Origin: Sulfolobaceae archaeon
GTDB lineage: Archaea > Thermoproteota > Thermoprotei_A > Sulfolobales > Sulfolobaceae
Assembly: GCA_038893355.1 (NCBI GenBank)
Contig: JAWARQ010000003.1
Coordinates: forward strand, 32,001-96,000
Direction of reading: 5' to 3'
DNA length: 64,000 nt
The translations under genes and the position numbers were made by a program. A model generated the notes under the pieces. That model saw nothing but the letters and a program-made list of their open reading frames with translations, was not told where the DNA came from and searched no databases. Each line of letters starts with the position of its first letter. Position 1 is the first letter of the stretch. This document shows, in pieces, positions 1-9,691 of this stretch.

Positions 1-282
1 AATTATTTTTATAATAAACTTAAAAAAACATATATTTTTAAAAATTATTTAGAAAAATTTAGGCAATCGCCCAAAATTTATGCAATTATACTCGAGGAAG
101 AGGAATTAAGTTATAATATTCCCTTCGTACTCTATATTATCCTTAACGGTAAAATATTGTTCCAAAAAAATAATGTAGTGTCTAATGCAATAGCAAAGAC
201 CAGTTTACACATTATAAATTATAAAGGAGAGTATTTATTGGATTTTGGGAAAATAAGGAAGGGTGAGGTTAAAGAGTTATGA
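1..282 (+). CDS. 3' part of probable nucleotidyltransferase (MNT-like) protein, truncated by window edge
   Basis: Frame 1 is open from base 1 to TGA at 280-282 (...YLLDFGKIRKGEVKEL*). It overlaps the HEPN start (ATGA), and the C-terminus resembles archaeal MNT partners of HEPN genes. Confidence 0.55.
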   Translation, partial: NYFYNKLKKTYIFKNYLEKFRQSPKIYAIILEEEELSYNIPFVLYIILNGKILFQKNNVVSNAIAKTSLHIINYKGEYLLDFGKIRKGEVKEL

Positions 283-695
283 ATAACAGCTCTTTAGCCT
301 CAGAATTTCTGGTAAGGGCTTTTAGGAATATTAAAGAGGCTAAGATAGCATTAGAAGACGGGGATTATTATCACGTATGCGTTAGATGCCTAGAGGCATT
401 AGATAACATTGCAAAATCTATTCTAGCACTTTATGGAGTATATTCTGCATCTGACGACCCAGTACCACTACTTGAATACTTAAAAGAAACAAGAGAGTTA
501 GATGAAGAGCTTAATAAGTTAATAGATATTATACAAGATGAAGAAAGGAAGCTTAAAATTATAGCAAGGATTGATGAAGCTTCATTGAAAGGAGATACAG
601 TAATTATAAGGAGAAAAGAGGCAGAGATTCAGTTAGCTGAAATCGAGAAGGTTTTTGAGAAAGCCCAAGAAGAATTTGATAAATTTCATTCTTAA
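279..695 (+). CDS. HEPN-domain protein (degenerate)
   Basis: 138 aa, helical. N-terminal 'FLVRAFRNIKEAKIALEDGDY...AKSILALYG' fits the HEPN pattern. Confidence 0.7.
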   Translation: MNNSSLASEFLVRAFRNIKEAKIALEDGDYYHVCVRCLEALDNIAKSILALYGVYSASDDPVPLLEYLKETRELDEELNKLIDIIQDEERKLKIIARIDEASLKGDTVIIRRKEAEIQLAEIEKVFEKAQEEFDKFHS

Positions 696-758
696 GATTA
701 AGAAGATGAAGAACCTAGCAGAGTATTTTTATATGTTCGCAGAGATTATTAACGTAGT

Positions 759-2777
759 GTGAAAAGGAGAATATTAGTTGCAGTAGTGCTTGCTATAGTA
801 AGTATACTTTACGTTAGGGAAATTGCTTTTATATTTCCTCAAGAAGGTGTAAAGATATTCAATGCCTCACCACTATTCATTACCCCTATTTCTTTATTAA
901 TAGATTTAGTGCAGAGTATGAGAATTAAATTCCTAGCCTCTCTATTGCTCTTTTTCCCTATTATTTATATTTATTTAATTTATATTGGGTTTCAACTTCA
1001 ATTCTCAGTTAGCCTATTGTTAATAATTTTAATATTATCCATATCAGCATCACTAATTTCAGCGATCAATAAGGGTTCGTTACTTTTAATACTTGCCTCA
1101 TATTACTTACCGACATTAGTATTAGTTTCCCCACAAATATATAACTACTCTAACGATCCTACTAGCTACTTCTCCTCACTAATACTAGCCCTAGCACTTG
1201 GTACTTCAATAATAGTAATAAACCTCATCATACTCGGCATCTCAAAAGTTTCATCTATGCCTAGCCCTTTCTCGCCATCTACAATTTCAGCATATATATC
1301 GCTTTTTATTTCTCTAACTATATTAAAAATTATAAATAGTGGATTTAAGGAGCAAGTTAGCTTTCCTGATTTTTCTACTATAATCAACCTTTTTTATCCA
1401 ATATATATATTAACAATGATAGAAGGGATATTGTCTGTAATAATATTGAGAATAAGTTTAATAAGAATAAAAAGAGAAAAATTAAAACAAAATAATTTAA
1501 CTCAAAAATTTACAGTTAATGTGATTACTAAAGGGAATTTATCTAATGGAAACGAGATTGAAATCGTCGTAAATACCCTAGATCCAAGTGGAAGAAAAGT
1601 TGAAATTAAAGACGCATTCCTTGAAATTATTACACCTAATAAAACGATAGAGAGATTAAAATTAAAAAATAGAGACAACGTGAAGTCAGCAAAGTACAGA
1701 CTAAGAGAGAGCGGAGAGTATAAGATAATAGTTAAAGGAAAGAATGGGCTAATATATTCTGAGTATAGAATTTTCGTTACTGATAAGACACAATCAGAGG
1801 GTTTAGACCCGAAAATATGGGTAGGAAAGGAACTTTATGGTTATAGAATAGTTGAAGTAATTGGAATTGGCGGGACAGGATATGTATTAAAGGGGGTAAA
1901 AGAGAATAGACAAGCTGCAATAAAGGTATTGAAATTACTTGATAAGTATAGTATTGATGATATTGCTAGAGAGATTAGTAATGTAAGTATCCTAACACTG
2001 AAAGAGGGTTCTGAAAAGTATCTTGTTGGGGTATACGAAGTTCACTATAATAGGGACATCCTAAAGCAATCAATTGTCGAGAATAATCTAGCAAGATACA
2101 TTGAGAACCCTCCTGCAATAATAATGGAATACATGGAAGGTGGCACTGCATATGATTTAATTAAGAATGATCAATTCTTCTATTCTAATTATTGGGATGA
2201 CATAGTTTGTAACATCATAAAAAATATAGCTCATGGAATCTTTATCCTACATGGAGAAGGTTATGTTCACCTAGATATAAAACCGCAAAATATATTCTTT
2301 AATTCTAAGATCCCATCATCGCCATTTGAACTTCTCTCTGACTTAAAGTCCGGGAGAAGGAGGGTAAAGTTAGGAGACTTTGGTTCTACAGTTAAGGAGG
2401 GGGAGAAGTATTACTTTGCGACACCACATTATGCATCAGGGGAGCAGATAATTGAGGCTATAAAGATTTATAAGGGAATTCCTTCTACGGGAGCTAAAAA
2501 ATATATGGACGTATACTCACTAGGCTCTACAGCATACACGCTACTAACTAGATCTTATCTTAATACGCCTAATTTAATTAATATATTTGAAAACGCTTTT
2601 ACTTCTAAAGATATCGAAGTTGTCAAGAAGGCCTGGGAGGAATTTGATCCTAAAGCAAACCTGGAGAGAATTAAGAAGAGTAAGCTATATTACATAATAT
2701 CGAAAATGGTGGAGAAAGATCCATTAAAGAGATTAACTATTGAAAAGGTAGTTGAGGAACTAAATAGAATATGCTAA
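759..2777 (+). CDS. Membrane-anchored eukaryote-like (Hanks-type) Ser/Thr protein kinase
   Basis: Multi-TM N-terminus, beta-rich linker, then GIGGTG, AAIK, HLDIKPQN, DFG and DVYSLG kinase motifs. Confidence 0.92.
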   Translation: MKRRILVAVVLAIVSILYVREIAFIFPQEGVKIFNASPLFITPISLLIDLVQSMRIKFLASLLLFFPIIYIYLIYIGFQLQFSVSLLLIILILSISASLISAINKGSLLLILASYYLPTLVLVSPQIYNYSNDPTSYFSSLILALALGTSIIVINLIILGISKVSSMPSPFSPSTISAYISLFISLTILKIINSGFKEQVSFPDFSTIINLFYPIYILTMIEGILSVIILRISLIRIKREKLKQNNLTQKFTVNVITKGNLSNGNEIEIVVNTLDPSGRKVEIKDAFLEIITPNKTIERLKLKNRDNVKSAKYRLRESGEYKIIVKGKNGLIYSEYRIFVTDKTQSEGLDPKIWVGKELYGYRIVEVIGIGGTGYVLKGVKENRQAAIKVLKLLDKYSIDDIAREISNVSILTLKEGSEKYLVGVYEVHYNRDILKQSIVENNLARYIENPPAIIMEYMEGGTAYDLIKNDQFFYSNYWDDIVCNIIKNIAHGIFILHGEGYVHLDIKPQNIFFNSKIPSSPFELLSDLKSGRRRVKLGDFGSTVKEGEKYYFATPHYASGEQIIEAIKIYKGIPSTGAKKYMDVYSLGSTAYTLLTRSYLNTPNLINIFENAFTSKDIEVVKKAWEEFDPKANLERIKKSKLYYIISKMVEKDPLKRLTIEKVVEELNRIC

Positions 2778-3271
2778 CTTGATCCAGTACCACATCCACA
2801 ATATCCGTATTCGTCTATCTCTAATCCACATACTGGGCATACTACTCCAGATGATTTAATTGATGTCATTTCCTTTCCAAATTGCATATAATGAAGCTCA
2901 GTTATTGCCTTAACTAGATCCCTTATAGAAATAATACCCTTAACTTCTTTGCCGTCAGAAGAAAGAACTGGTAAGTGCCTAAATCCGTTTACTAACATTA
3001 CCTCTACCGCATCGTAGACTCCTGCGTCTTCTTTAATACCCTTTACATCCCTAGTCATATAATCCTTTACCTTAGCATTAAATTTTCCATCAGAGAAAGC
3101 CCTAACTAAATCCCTCTCAGTAATTATTCCTACAACTTTTCCCTCATCATTTATTACCAAAAGTGAACCTATTCCATGTTCCCTCATTTCTTTAGCTGCG
3201 AATACTAAATCGTCATTCTCTTTGATAACATGAATAGGCCTTGAAACGAATTTTGTAAGAAGTTGGCTCAT
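2774..3271 (-). CDS. CBS-pair protein with C-terminal Cys-rich Zn ribbon
   Basis: GIITERD and GIISIRD CBS motifs; CPVCG...YCGC tail. Confidence 0.88.
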   Translation of the reverse strand: MSQLLTKFVSRPIHVIKENDDLVFAAKEMREHGIGSLLVINDEGKVVGIITERDLVRAFSDGKFNAKVKDYMTRDVKGIKEDAGVYDAVEVMLVNGFRHLPVLSSDGKEVKGIISIRDLVKAITELHYMQFGKEMTSIKSSGVVCPVCGLEIDEYGYCGCGTGSS

Positions 3272-3435
3272 AATATAATTATAGTATAAGGAGTTTAAAA
3301 AGTATATCGTAATACTTTACTTTCAATAAACTAATATAAGAAAAGAAATTAAATATTTTTATCTAAAAATCAGATCTATCATCCCTCATAATATTAGAGA
3401 TACTTTTAATATTAGTTAAAAGAAATTAAAACTGA

Positions 3436-4203
3436 ATGTTAGGGGCCTTTGACTTTAACACGATAGAAACTACCTATCTTAGAGAAGAATTTGATACTAT
3501 ACAGAACCGCGCGAATAAAGAATTACTTTTTTTAATTAATAAAGAATTTATTCAAAAATTTTCTAAATCTCTTTTAATAATCTTATCCGAAAAATTAGAT
3601 ACTGAAGTTTATAATTTAAAACTAAAAAATATTGGTAGTTTAATATTCTTAGTAAATGATAAAAAGGAAGTTTCACTAGCTGAGTATAGTAAATATGCTA
3701 CAACGGCAGAGTATATAGCGAACTCCTACCCTCATGTATTTTCACTAGCAGTAGACTACCAGTTTATAAATAAATGGGAAAAATATTACAAAAAAGTTCT
3801 TAAAAATAATTATTTTAAATCTATTTTAGACTATATCGAGGGTAAGAAAATTTCTAGAATAAGATATACTGATGCAGTTTATTTATTTATATTCTTAAAA
3901 TTAACTGAAAATTAAAAAAATTTTCTAGCGAAGCAAGATAAATCAATAACGATAATACTGGAAGGCGGATTGGAGCCAAGAAAGGAGTTTGATAATATAT
4001 TATACTTATTAGGTAATATTTCTATAGATGAAATAGTCAACACAATTGTCTTTCAGAAGAAATATTTAACTGAGCCTCCTAGAAAAGGAGAATATGTAGC
4101 GTATAATTTCCAAGGTAGAGAAATTTATATTTCACTACAAAGTATAAATGATATAGTTGAGGGTAGATATAAGATAAAATTTACTGTAGAATCTTATTAT
4201 TAA
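3436..4203 (+). pseudogene. Hypothetical protein interrupted by one in-frame TAA (ORFs 3436-3915 and 3970-4203 share a frame)
   Basis: Reading continues after TAA 3913-3915 as KNFLAKQDKSITIILEGGLEPRKE with no further stop until 4203. Confidence 0.6.
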
Positions 4204-4889
4204 CTCTTACCCATTGCTCTTAATGCTCCCCTAATGAAGCCTTCAACTACAGAAATAGGGCTACTTGACTTCATTACTGCACTAGCAGCCCCAACACCAT
4301 CTGCACCTAGTTTAATGCTTATATATACATCCTCTTCATTAGTTATACCAGCTCCTGCTATCAGATAAACCCCACTCACCTTTTTAATCTCCCTTACTGC
4401 ATTAGTAATCACTTCTGGCTTAACCTTCGAAACAGCCTTTCCGGTGCCTATTAATTCTGGTGGTTCAATCAGTATTGCGTTAGGACTTAACAGTCCTATA
4501 GGATAAACTAAGCTATAATTATCAACACAAACTATACTTTCTAGTCCCAAGCCCTTCATTCTAACTAGTAATTCGGGCAGATCATTTAACAGAATCCTCT
4601 TTTCACTATGATTTATAAGAGATCCTTTAGCTCCTGCTTCCTTTATTAGCTCTGGTGGAATAGAACCGGTATAAGCTCCTAGGGGATTAGAATCTACATG
4701 TTGAGAATATACGGAAATATTCTCTACCTCAGCTGCTATCCTATTTATCATTGTAGCAGGCACTGCAACTATAATATCAATACCGTATTCCTTACTTAAT
4801 TTATCAATTCCCTTAGCAATTTCTATTCCTACTCTTCCAAAGGAATTCTCATATACTTTATAATTAATTACTATAATAGGAGGTTTCAT
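4200..4889 (-). CDS. tpiA: Triosephosphate isomerase (archaeal type)
   Basis: INYK, NHSEKR and EPPELIGTG motifs. Confidence 0.96.
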   Translation of the reverse strand: MKPPIIVINYKVYENSFGRVGIEIAKGIDKLSKEYGIDIIVAVPATMINRIAAEVENISVYSQHVDSNPLGAYTGSIPPELIKEAGAKGSLINHSEKRILLNDLPELLVRMKGLGLESIVCVDNYSLVYPIGLLSPNAILIEPPELIGTGKAVSKVKPEVITNAVREIKKVSGVYLIAGAGITNEEDVYISIKLGADGVGAASAVMKSSSPISVVEGFIRGALRAMGKS

Positions 4890-4915
4890 GAGAATCGTAT
4901 ATGGGGGACGATTAA

Positions 4916-5431
4916 ATTATTTACTGTGGGATTGATCTAGCAGTAAAGCGTTTAACTTACGTCGCGGTAATGAATGAGGATGGAATAATTAGTGTAAAGA
5001 AGTTAATGAGTGATGAGGAGATTATTAATGAGTGTAGAAATGCATTAAGTGCAATAGATTCTCCGCTCCTACTTTCAAACGGATTTAGGAAAGTTGATAT
5101 TGAAATGATTAGAAAAGGTTATAGAGTTTTGCCTCCTTCGTTTATGAAGAGTTTGGTTGAGAGGGCAATTAGAATTTCAAGAGAAATAAAAGTTATAGAA
5201 ACCCATCCCACCTCCTCTGCTAAGAACTTAGGCCTAAATTGGAGGGAATTTACGAATATAAAAGATGAATTTGATGCAGTGCTTTGCGTTCTAGCTGCTT
5301 TCTCTTATCATATTGGTATAGCACAAAAAGTTGAGGCAGAAGATGGTGAAATCTATCTAGTACCTAAAGATTTTGATTATAAAATAAAGAAATTAAATAA
5401 TGAGAGATATATATTAATTAAGAAGAGCTAA
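4916..5431 (+). CDS. DUF429-like RNase H-fold predicted nuclease; conserved N-terminus lies upstream of first ATG (4970)
   Basis: In-frame IIYCGIDLA (4916-4942), AIDSPL, IETHP and DEFDA motifs. Confidence 0.7.
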   Translation: MIYCGIDLAVKRLTYVAVMNEDGIISVKKLMSDEEIINECRNALSAIDSPLLLSNGFRKVDIEMIRKGYRVLPPSFMKSLVERAIRISREIKVIETHPTSSAKNLGLNWREFTNIKDEFDAVLCVLAAFSYHIGIAQKVEAEDGEIYLVPKDFDYKIKKLNNERYILIKKS

Positions 5432-7010
5432 AGATCCTTCCTATTTCCCTACCTAATCTAACCAGTCTCCTATAAAATAAGACAGCAAGAATTACTGCGG
5501 AGAATAATATTATATATTCTGTGTAACTAATAGGCCTATAATATCTAAAAACTATATCCTCTACTATAAGTATTGTATAGGTATAAAGTAACAGAATTAC
5601 AAAGAGTACGAACATTTTATTTCTTTCATTCCTAATACTCCTATAAATTTCATATACTAAAGGTAATATTATCAAGGGAATACTAACACCTATAAAAGGT
5701 GCTATGAAGGGAAAGAGCGTAGGTGAGTTTTGATACGTTATTTGTAACGAGACTATGCCAGCTGAAATTATTGATATTATGGCGAGTATTAATTGAAATA
5801 TTCTCGAAATCTTTATACTTCTATTATTAGAGTAATTAGTAGTAATAATAAAAGAGGTTCTTAATAATTTATTAATCTTAGGAACTTTATTCTCAAATTT
5901 CAAAATAAATTTTAAAATTGAATTTTCATTCCTTAAAAGCAAAGAAGTTGTAAAAACTCCAATAGTGGTAGTTAATAGTGCAATTGGGTAAACTATTCCT
6001 ATATCAATTCCTCTTTCAATAGCAAGTAAGGAAATTATAATTCCTATTTCGCTAATAGAAGTCATATAAACCCCATTCCTAAATGCCCTAACGAAATCTA
6101 TTCCACTTAACCATGAACCAAAACTAAATGCAAAAAATTTGTTTATTACGAGAATAAATGCAATTGGTAAAGATAGTAAAATAGTATTATCAATTTTTAT
6201 GAGAGAACCAGCATATATGAAAAAGAATATTAGCATAAAGTCTCTTAAAGGCCTAAGTATATATAATACTCTTGATGTATCTTCTAATGCTATTGATGTG
6301 GAAAATCCTAATAATAGGGAGCCAAAGGTTGCGGGAAATGAAATTTGATTGCTGATTAAATTAAAAATTATTATACTACCTACAGATGCTAATATTATTA
6401 AATCATCAGTATACTTAGTTGAGGGCTTTATTAAAATTCTGGATATGATAAATCCTAGAACAACTATTGCTAGAGACGATAATCCTATACTCAAAATAGA
6501 TTCAATAGAAATTGTACTTGTTGATAAGATTATTAAAATTCCTAAAAATACAACTATATCTTCAAGTGAAGTTACTGCTACCATAAGTTTCCTATCCTCT
6601 TCATCTATCCTACCCTCAGAGAATTTATAAACTAACGCAGTACTCGTATTCACACCAATTAATGAAAGAAGGAAAGACTTTAAAAGATCCAGACCGAGTA
6701 TGGAGCCTATTATTAAACCTATATTCAATGAAAATATAATTTCAATTAATAATATAAATAATCCTCTTAAAAAATATTTATCTAGAGTTCTTCTATCAAA
6801 TGAAACACCTATCTCAAATGCTAAGACATTAATAGCTAATGTTCTTGCGAGGTCAAAGATTGAACCTTGAAAAGAAACATTTATGTAAGATCCTATAGTA
6901 CCTGCAGTAAAGTAAGCAAGAACTGGATTAATACCTAATCTAGCTAATATTAAGCCCAAGGATACTGCAATAATAATTATTATTATTAAAGACTCTAACA
7001 TTTTTACCAC
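5418..7010 (-). CDS. CPA2/Kef-type cation:proton antiporter
   Basis: Many TM helices; LAFEIG, LEDI, FFFIYAG and ISEIG motifs. Confidence 0.85.
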   Translation of the reverse strand: MVKMLESLIIIIIIAVSLGLILARLGINPVLAYFTAGTIGSYINVSFQGSIFDLARTLAINVLAFEIGVSFDRRTLDKYFLRGLFILLIEIIFSLNIGLIIGSILGLDLLKSFLLSLIGVNTSTALVYKFSEGRIDEEDRKLMVAVTSLEDIVVFLGILIILSTSTISIESILSIGLSSLAIVVLGFIISRILIKPSTKYTDDLIILASVGSIIIFNLISNQISFPATFGSLLLGFSTSIALEDTSRVLYILRPLRDFMLIFFFIYAGSLIKIDNTILLSLPIAFILVINKFFAFSFGSWLSGIDFVRAFRNGVYMTSISEIGIIISLLAIERGIDIGIVYPIALLTTTIGVFTTSLLLRNENSILKFILKFENKVPKINKLLRTSFIITTNYSNNRSIKISRIFQLILAIISIISAGIVSLQITYQNSPTLFPFIAPFIGVSIPLIILPLVYEIYRSIRNERNKMFVLFVILLLYTYTILIVEDIVFRYYRPISYTEYIILFSAVILAVLFYRRLVRLGREIGRIFSSS

Positions 7011-7029
7011 AACCTTATTAGGTTATTAT

Positions 7030-7980
7030 GTGAACTTGAGACAAATATATTTCGAAAGTGAAATACTTAAGGATAATCCATTCAATGACCCACATCAGAG
7101 AAAAATTATAGCTATAGAGATAGAAGAGAAGCCGATTAGTAAACCGGTAATTATATACCTAAGCGGTTATTTCTCCTCAAGTATAAGTTTATTAAACTAT
7201 ACGATAACTCATCTTAATATAATAGATAGAGTTAAGAAACTTATTGCAGAGAAAAAGATGAAAAATTCGATAATAGTTCTTCCCGATACGATGACCAAAT
7301 TAGGGGGAAATCAGTACCTCGATAGCAAGGCTGTAGGGCTTTATGAATCATTCTTAGTAAAAGAACTTATCCCATTCTTAAAAGAAGTCTACAAGACTGA
7401 TAGAATAGGAATAATTGGAAGGTCTTCTGGGGGCTTTGGGGCATTAAATATAGCAATGAAAGGTTATGATATAAAAGCTATTGCCGTACACTCACCAGAT
7501 GTATATTTCGAATACATTTACTTACCCATTTTACCTATTGCCTATAAAGAGTTAAGAAAGGTGAAAGATGTTAAGGAGTATATAAATTACTTCTGGTCAA
7601 AGGAGGAGAAAAGCAAGAGAGAAATGATTACAATGATGATAATTGGACTTTCTGCATTTTACTCGAAATCAGAAGAAATCGAACTCCCATTTGAAATGGA
7701 TACTGGAGGAATCAATAATGAAGTATGGGAAAATTGGATAAGAAAGGATCCATTAAGGAGGCCTATAGAGGAATTTAACAACCTTAGAAGGTTAAAAATG
7801 ATATATATAGATGCAGGAAGCAAGGACGAGTATAATATAAATATAGGAGTGAAAATATTTCATAAAAAACTTAACCAACTAAAAATCCCGCACTATTATG
7901 AGGAATATAACGGAAAGCATAACGCACCTAGTAGATTAAACATTTCATTACCTCTTATTGAGAATTCATTACTTGAGTAA
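7030..7980 (+). CDS. Alpha/beta-hydrolase, Fes-like esterase
   Basis: GRSSGG nucleophile elbow, DAGSKDE, C-terminal GKH. Confidence 0.85.
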   Translation: MNLRQIYFESEILKDNPFNDPHQRKIIAIEIEEKPISKPVIIYLSGYFSSSISLLNYTITHLNIIDRVKKLIAEKKMKNSIIVLPDTMTKLGGNQYLDSKAVGLYESFLVKELIPFLKEVYKTDRIGIIGRSSGGFGALNIAMKGYDIKAIAVHSPDVYFEYIYLPILPIAYKELRKVKDVKEYINYFWSKEEKSKREMITMMIIGLSAFYSKSEEIELPFEMDTGGINNEVWENWIRKDPLRRPIEEFNNLRRLKMIYIDAGSKDEYNINIGVKIFHKKLNQLKIPHYYEEYNGKHNAPSRLNISLPLIENSLLE

Positions 7981-8424
7981 GCAATATCCACCATTATACT
8001 CACTCCAATCCTTTGAAAAGAAAAATTTACACTCTACTTTAAAACCTTCTAAAACTAATGGTAACCATACCCTATCACAGGGCCACATCTTATCATACGG
8101 TGGATCCTTTAGAATTATCGGCTCAGCTTCTCTAGAGCCACGCAACTCCCCTGAAAATGAACTTGAAAGAAAAACATACATTATTTCCTCAGAACCGTCA
8201 TCTAGAACGAAAAATATTTTTGCAATATTTTCTAAATTATCTAATCTGATTCCGATTTCTTCTCTAACCTCTCTCATTGCACACTCTTCTGGAGTTTCAT
8301 TACTCTCAACCTTACCGCCAGGGAAGTTAATTAGACCAGCACCAAGTCCAGTAAGCTTCTTTATGAATACAATACCATCATCTCCTTTCTTTATTATAAC
8401 CAAACAACTTTCTCTCTTATTCAT
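7969..8424 (-). CDS. NUDIX hydrolase (8-oxo-dGTPase-like)
   Basis: GGKVESNETPEECAMREVREEIG Nudix box; PYDKMWPCD. Confidence 0.92.
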   Translation of the reverse strand: MNKRESCLVIIKKGDDGIVFIKKLTGLGAGLINFPGGKVESNETPEECAMREVREEIGIRLDNLENIAKIFFVLDDGSEEIMYVFLSSSFSGELRGSREAEPIILKDPPYDKMWPCDRVWLPLVLEGFKVECKFFFSKDWSEYNGGYCLLK

Positions 8425-8969
8425 TTCTCACTTGAAAATAGTTTATTGAAATAAAGTATAATTAAATAAACTGCAACAGAATTCATTATGACAAACATTA
8501 TTATCCCTAAAGTATAATATTGGTCTGCAGTATAGGGATATCTAACATAAGGCTCAGGAAATGCCATAAAGAGTATTGATAGATAAGTATCACCTAGCAT
8601 CCATAAACCCAATAAAGAAAATTTTAGAATTGAAGAAATCAAATCCACTATTGAACCAATAAGGTAACCAGAGAATATGAGGAGTAAATTATCTAATATC
8701 CTAAAATAAATATTTGTTCCCCCAAGGTAAAAGATGATAGGATAATGGAGAAGAATTATCATAGAACTCGAAAAGACTATCGAGAATGTTGGATTTAAAA
8801 TCCCCAACCTTCTTTTATAGCCTAATAATGCACCTGCTGTAAATAAGGAATAATGGGATAGCATGTAAGGTATTACATTTTTAAAACCTAAATCCTCTGT
8901 GAATGGATTTATTGTTATAATTAATAATATAATTGAAATTAAATCATAACTCCTTAATCTAACTTGCAT
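8421..8969 (-). CDS. DUF1404 membrane protein (CtaG-like)
   Basis: MLSHY, LLHYP, WMLGD and MFVIMN motifs; paralog of 16984-17544. Confidence 0.75.
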   Translation of the reverse strand: MQVRLRSYDLISIILLIITINPFTEDLGFKNVIPYMLSHYSLFTAGALLGYKRRLGILNPTFSIVFSSSMIILLHYPIIFYLGGTNIYFRILDNLLLIFSGYLIGSIVDLISSILKFSLLGLWMLGDTYLSILFMAFPEPYVRYPYTADQYYTLGIIMFVIMNSVAVYLIILYFNKLFSSEK

Positions 8970-9688
8970 TTCTCACTAACCCTTCTTATTGATCTAGAAA
9001 TTAAGTATAAAGCAAATATTGAAATTAATGGTAAGAGATAATAACTAATAACAAATCCTATCCATGAGCCTAAAAAATTAGCTAATATTCCAAATAATTC
9101 TAAATTAGATGAAAAGAGCATAATTGCAACTAACGAAGGTAAAGTAAGGCAACAACTTGAAGCTGAGACTATAGATAAAGAAGTTATAGGAATAAAGTAA
9201 GTGAGACTTCTAAATTTCCTTAAATAAACAAGTCCTGAAACTGAATAGCCTATAAAACTCGCTAAAATAACTCCATAAATTATACTTAGAGGTGTAAAAG
9301 AGAATTCTACACCATGTACAAAAACAATTATAGAAGGACTCGATGTTACAACAAAAGGGTAATTGATGGCAGTAAAGGGTTGAGAATAAGAAAAGCTAAC
9401 CAGAATTAATGAGAATGCTGGAAGATTAAACCCAGTTGCAAAGCTTGTATATAACCCAAAAATTGCTTCATGTACAATAAAATATGTTATAAATACTATA
9501 ATAAAAACCTTTATATCTTTAGATTTATAATAAAAAGTTAAAATATAATTATATAATATGAGCAAAATAGGAAACCAAAAAAGAAAACTCTCAATAGTTG
9601 ATGTAACTAAATTTGTACTTCCAAGAAGGAGAAATAATAAGAAGGATAAGAATAAAAAAATTATTACCTTTATAACTTTTAATTTCAT
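8954..9688 (-). CDS. Multi-pass membrane protein with intramembrane Cys-Cys motif
   Basis: Hydrophobic; YFIVHE and SASSCCLTLPS; paralog of 17522-18256. Confidence 0.75.
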   Translation of the reverse strand: MKLKVIKVIIFLFLSFLLFLLLGSTNLVTSTIESFLFWFPILLILYNYILTFYYKSKDIKVFIIVFITYFIVHEAIFGLYTSFATGFNLPAFSLILVSFSYSQPFTAINYPFVVTSSPSIIVFVHGVEFSFTPLSIIYGVILASFIGYSVSGLVYLRKFRSLTYFIPITSLSIVSASSCCLTLPSLVAIMLFSSNLELFGILANFLGSWIGFVISYYLLPLISIFALYLISRSIRRVSEKCKLD

Positions 9689-9691
9689 TTT

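Noticed and set aside
3913-4915. Genome-wide TAA reassignment suggested by two in-frame TAA codons
   Set aside because: TAA terminates many conserved genes here at the expected positions (e.g. tpiA, pstB, nop10).
6139-8449. Plus-strand ORFs 6139-6348, 6349-6630 and 7958-8449
   Set aside because: Antisense shadows of the antiporter and NUDIX genes.
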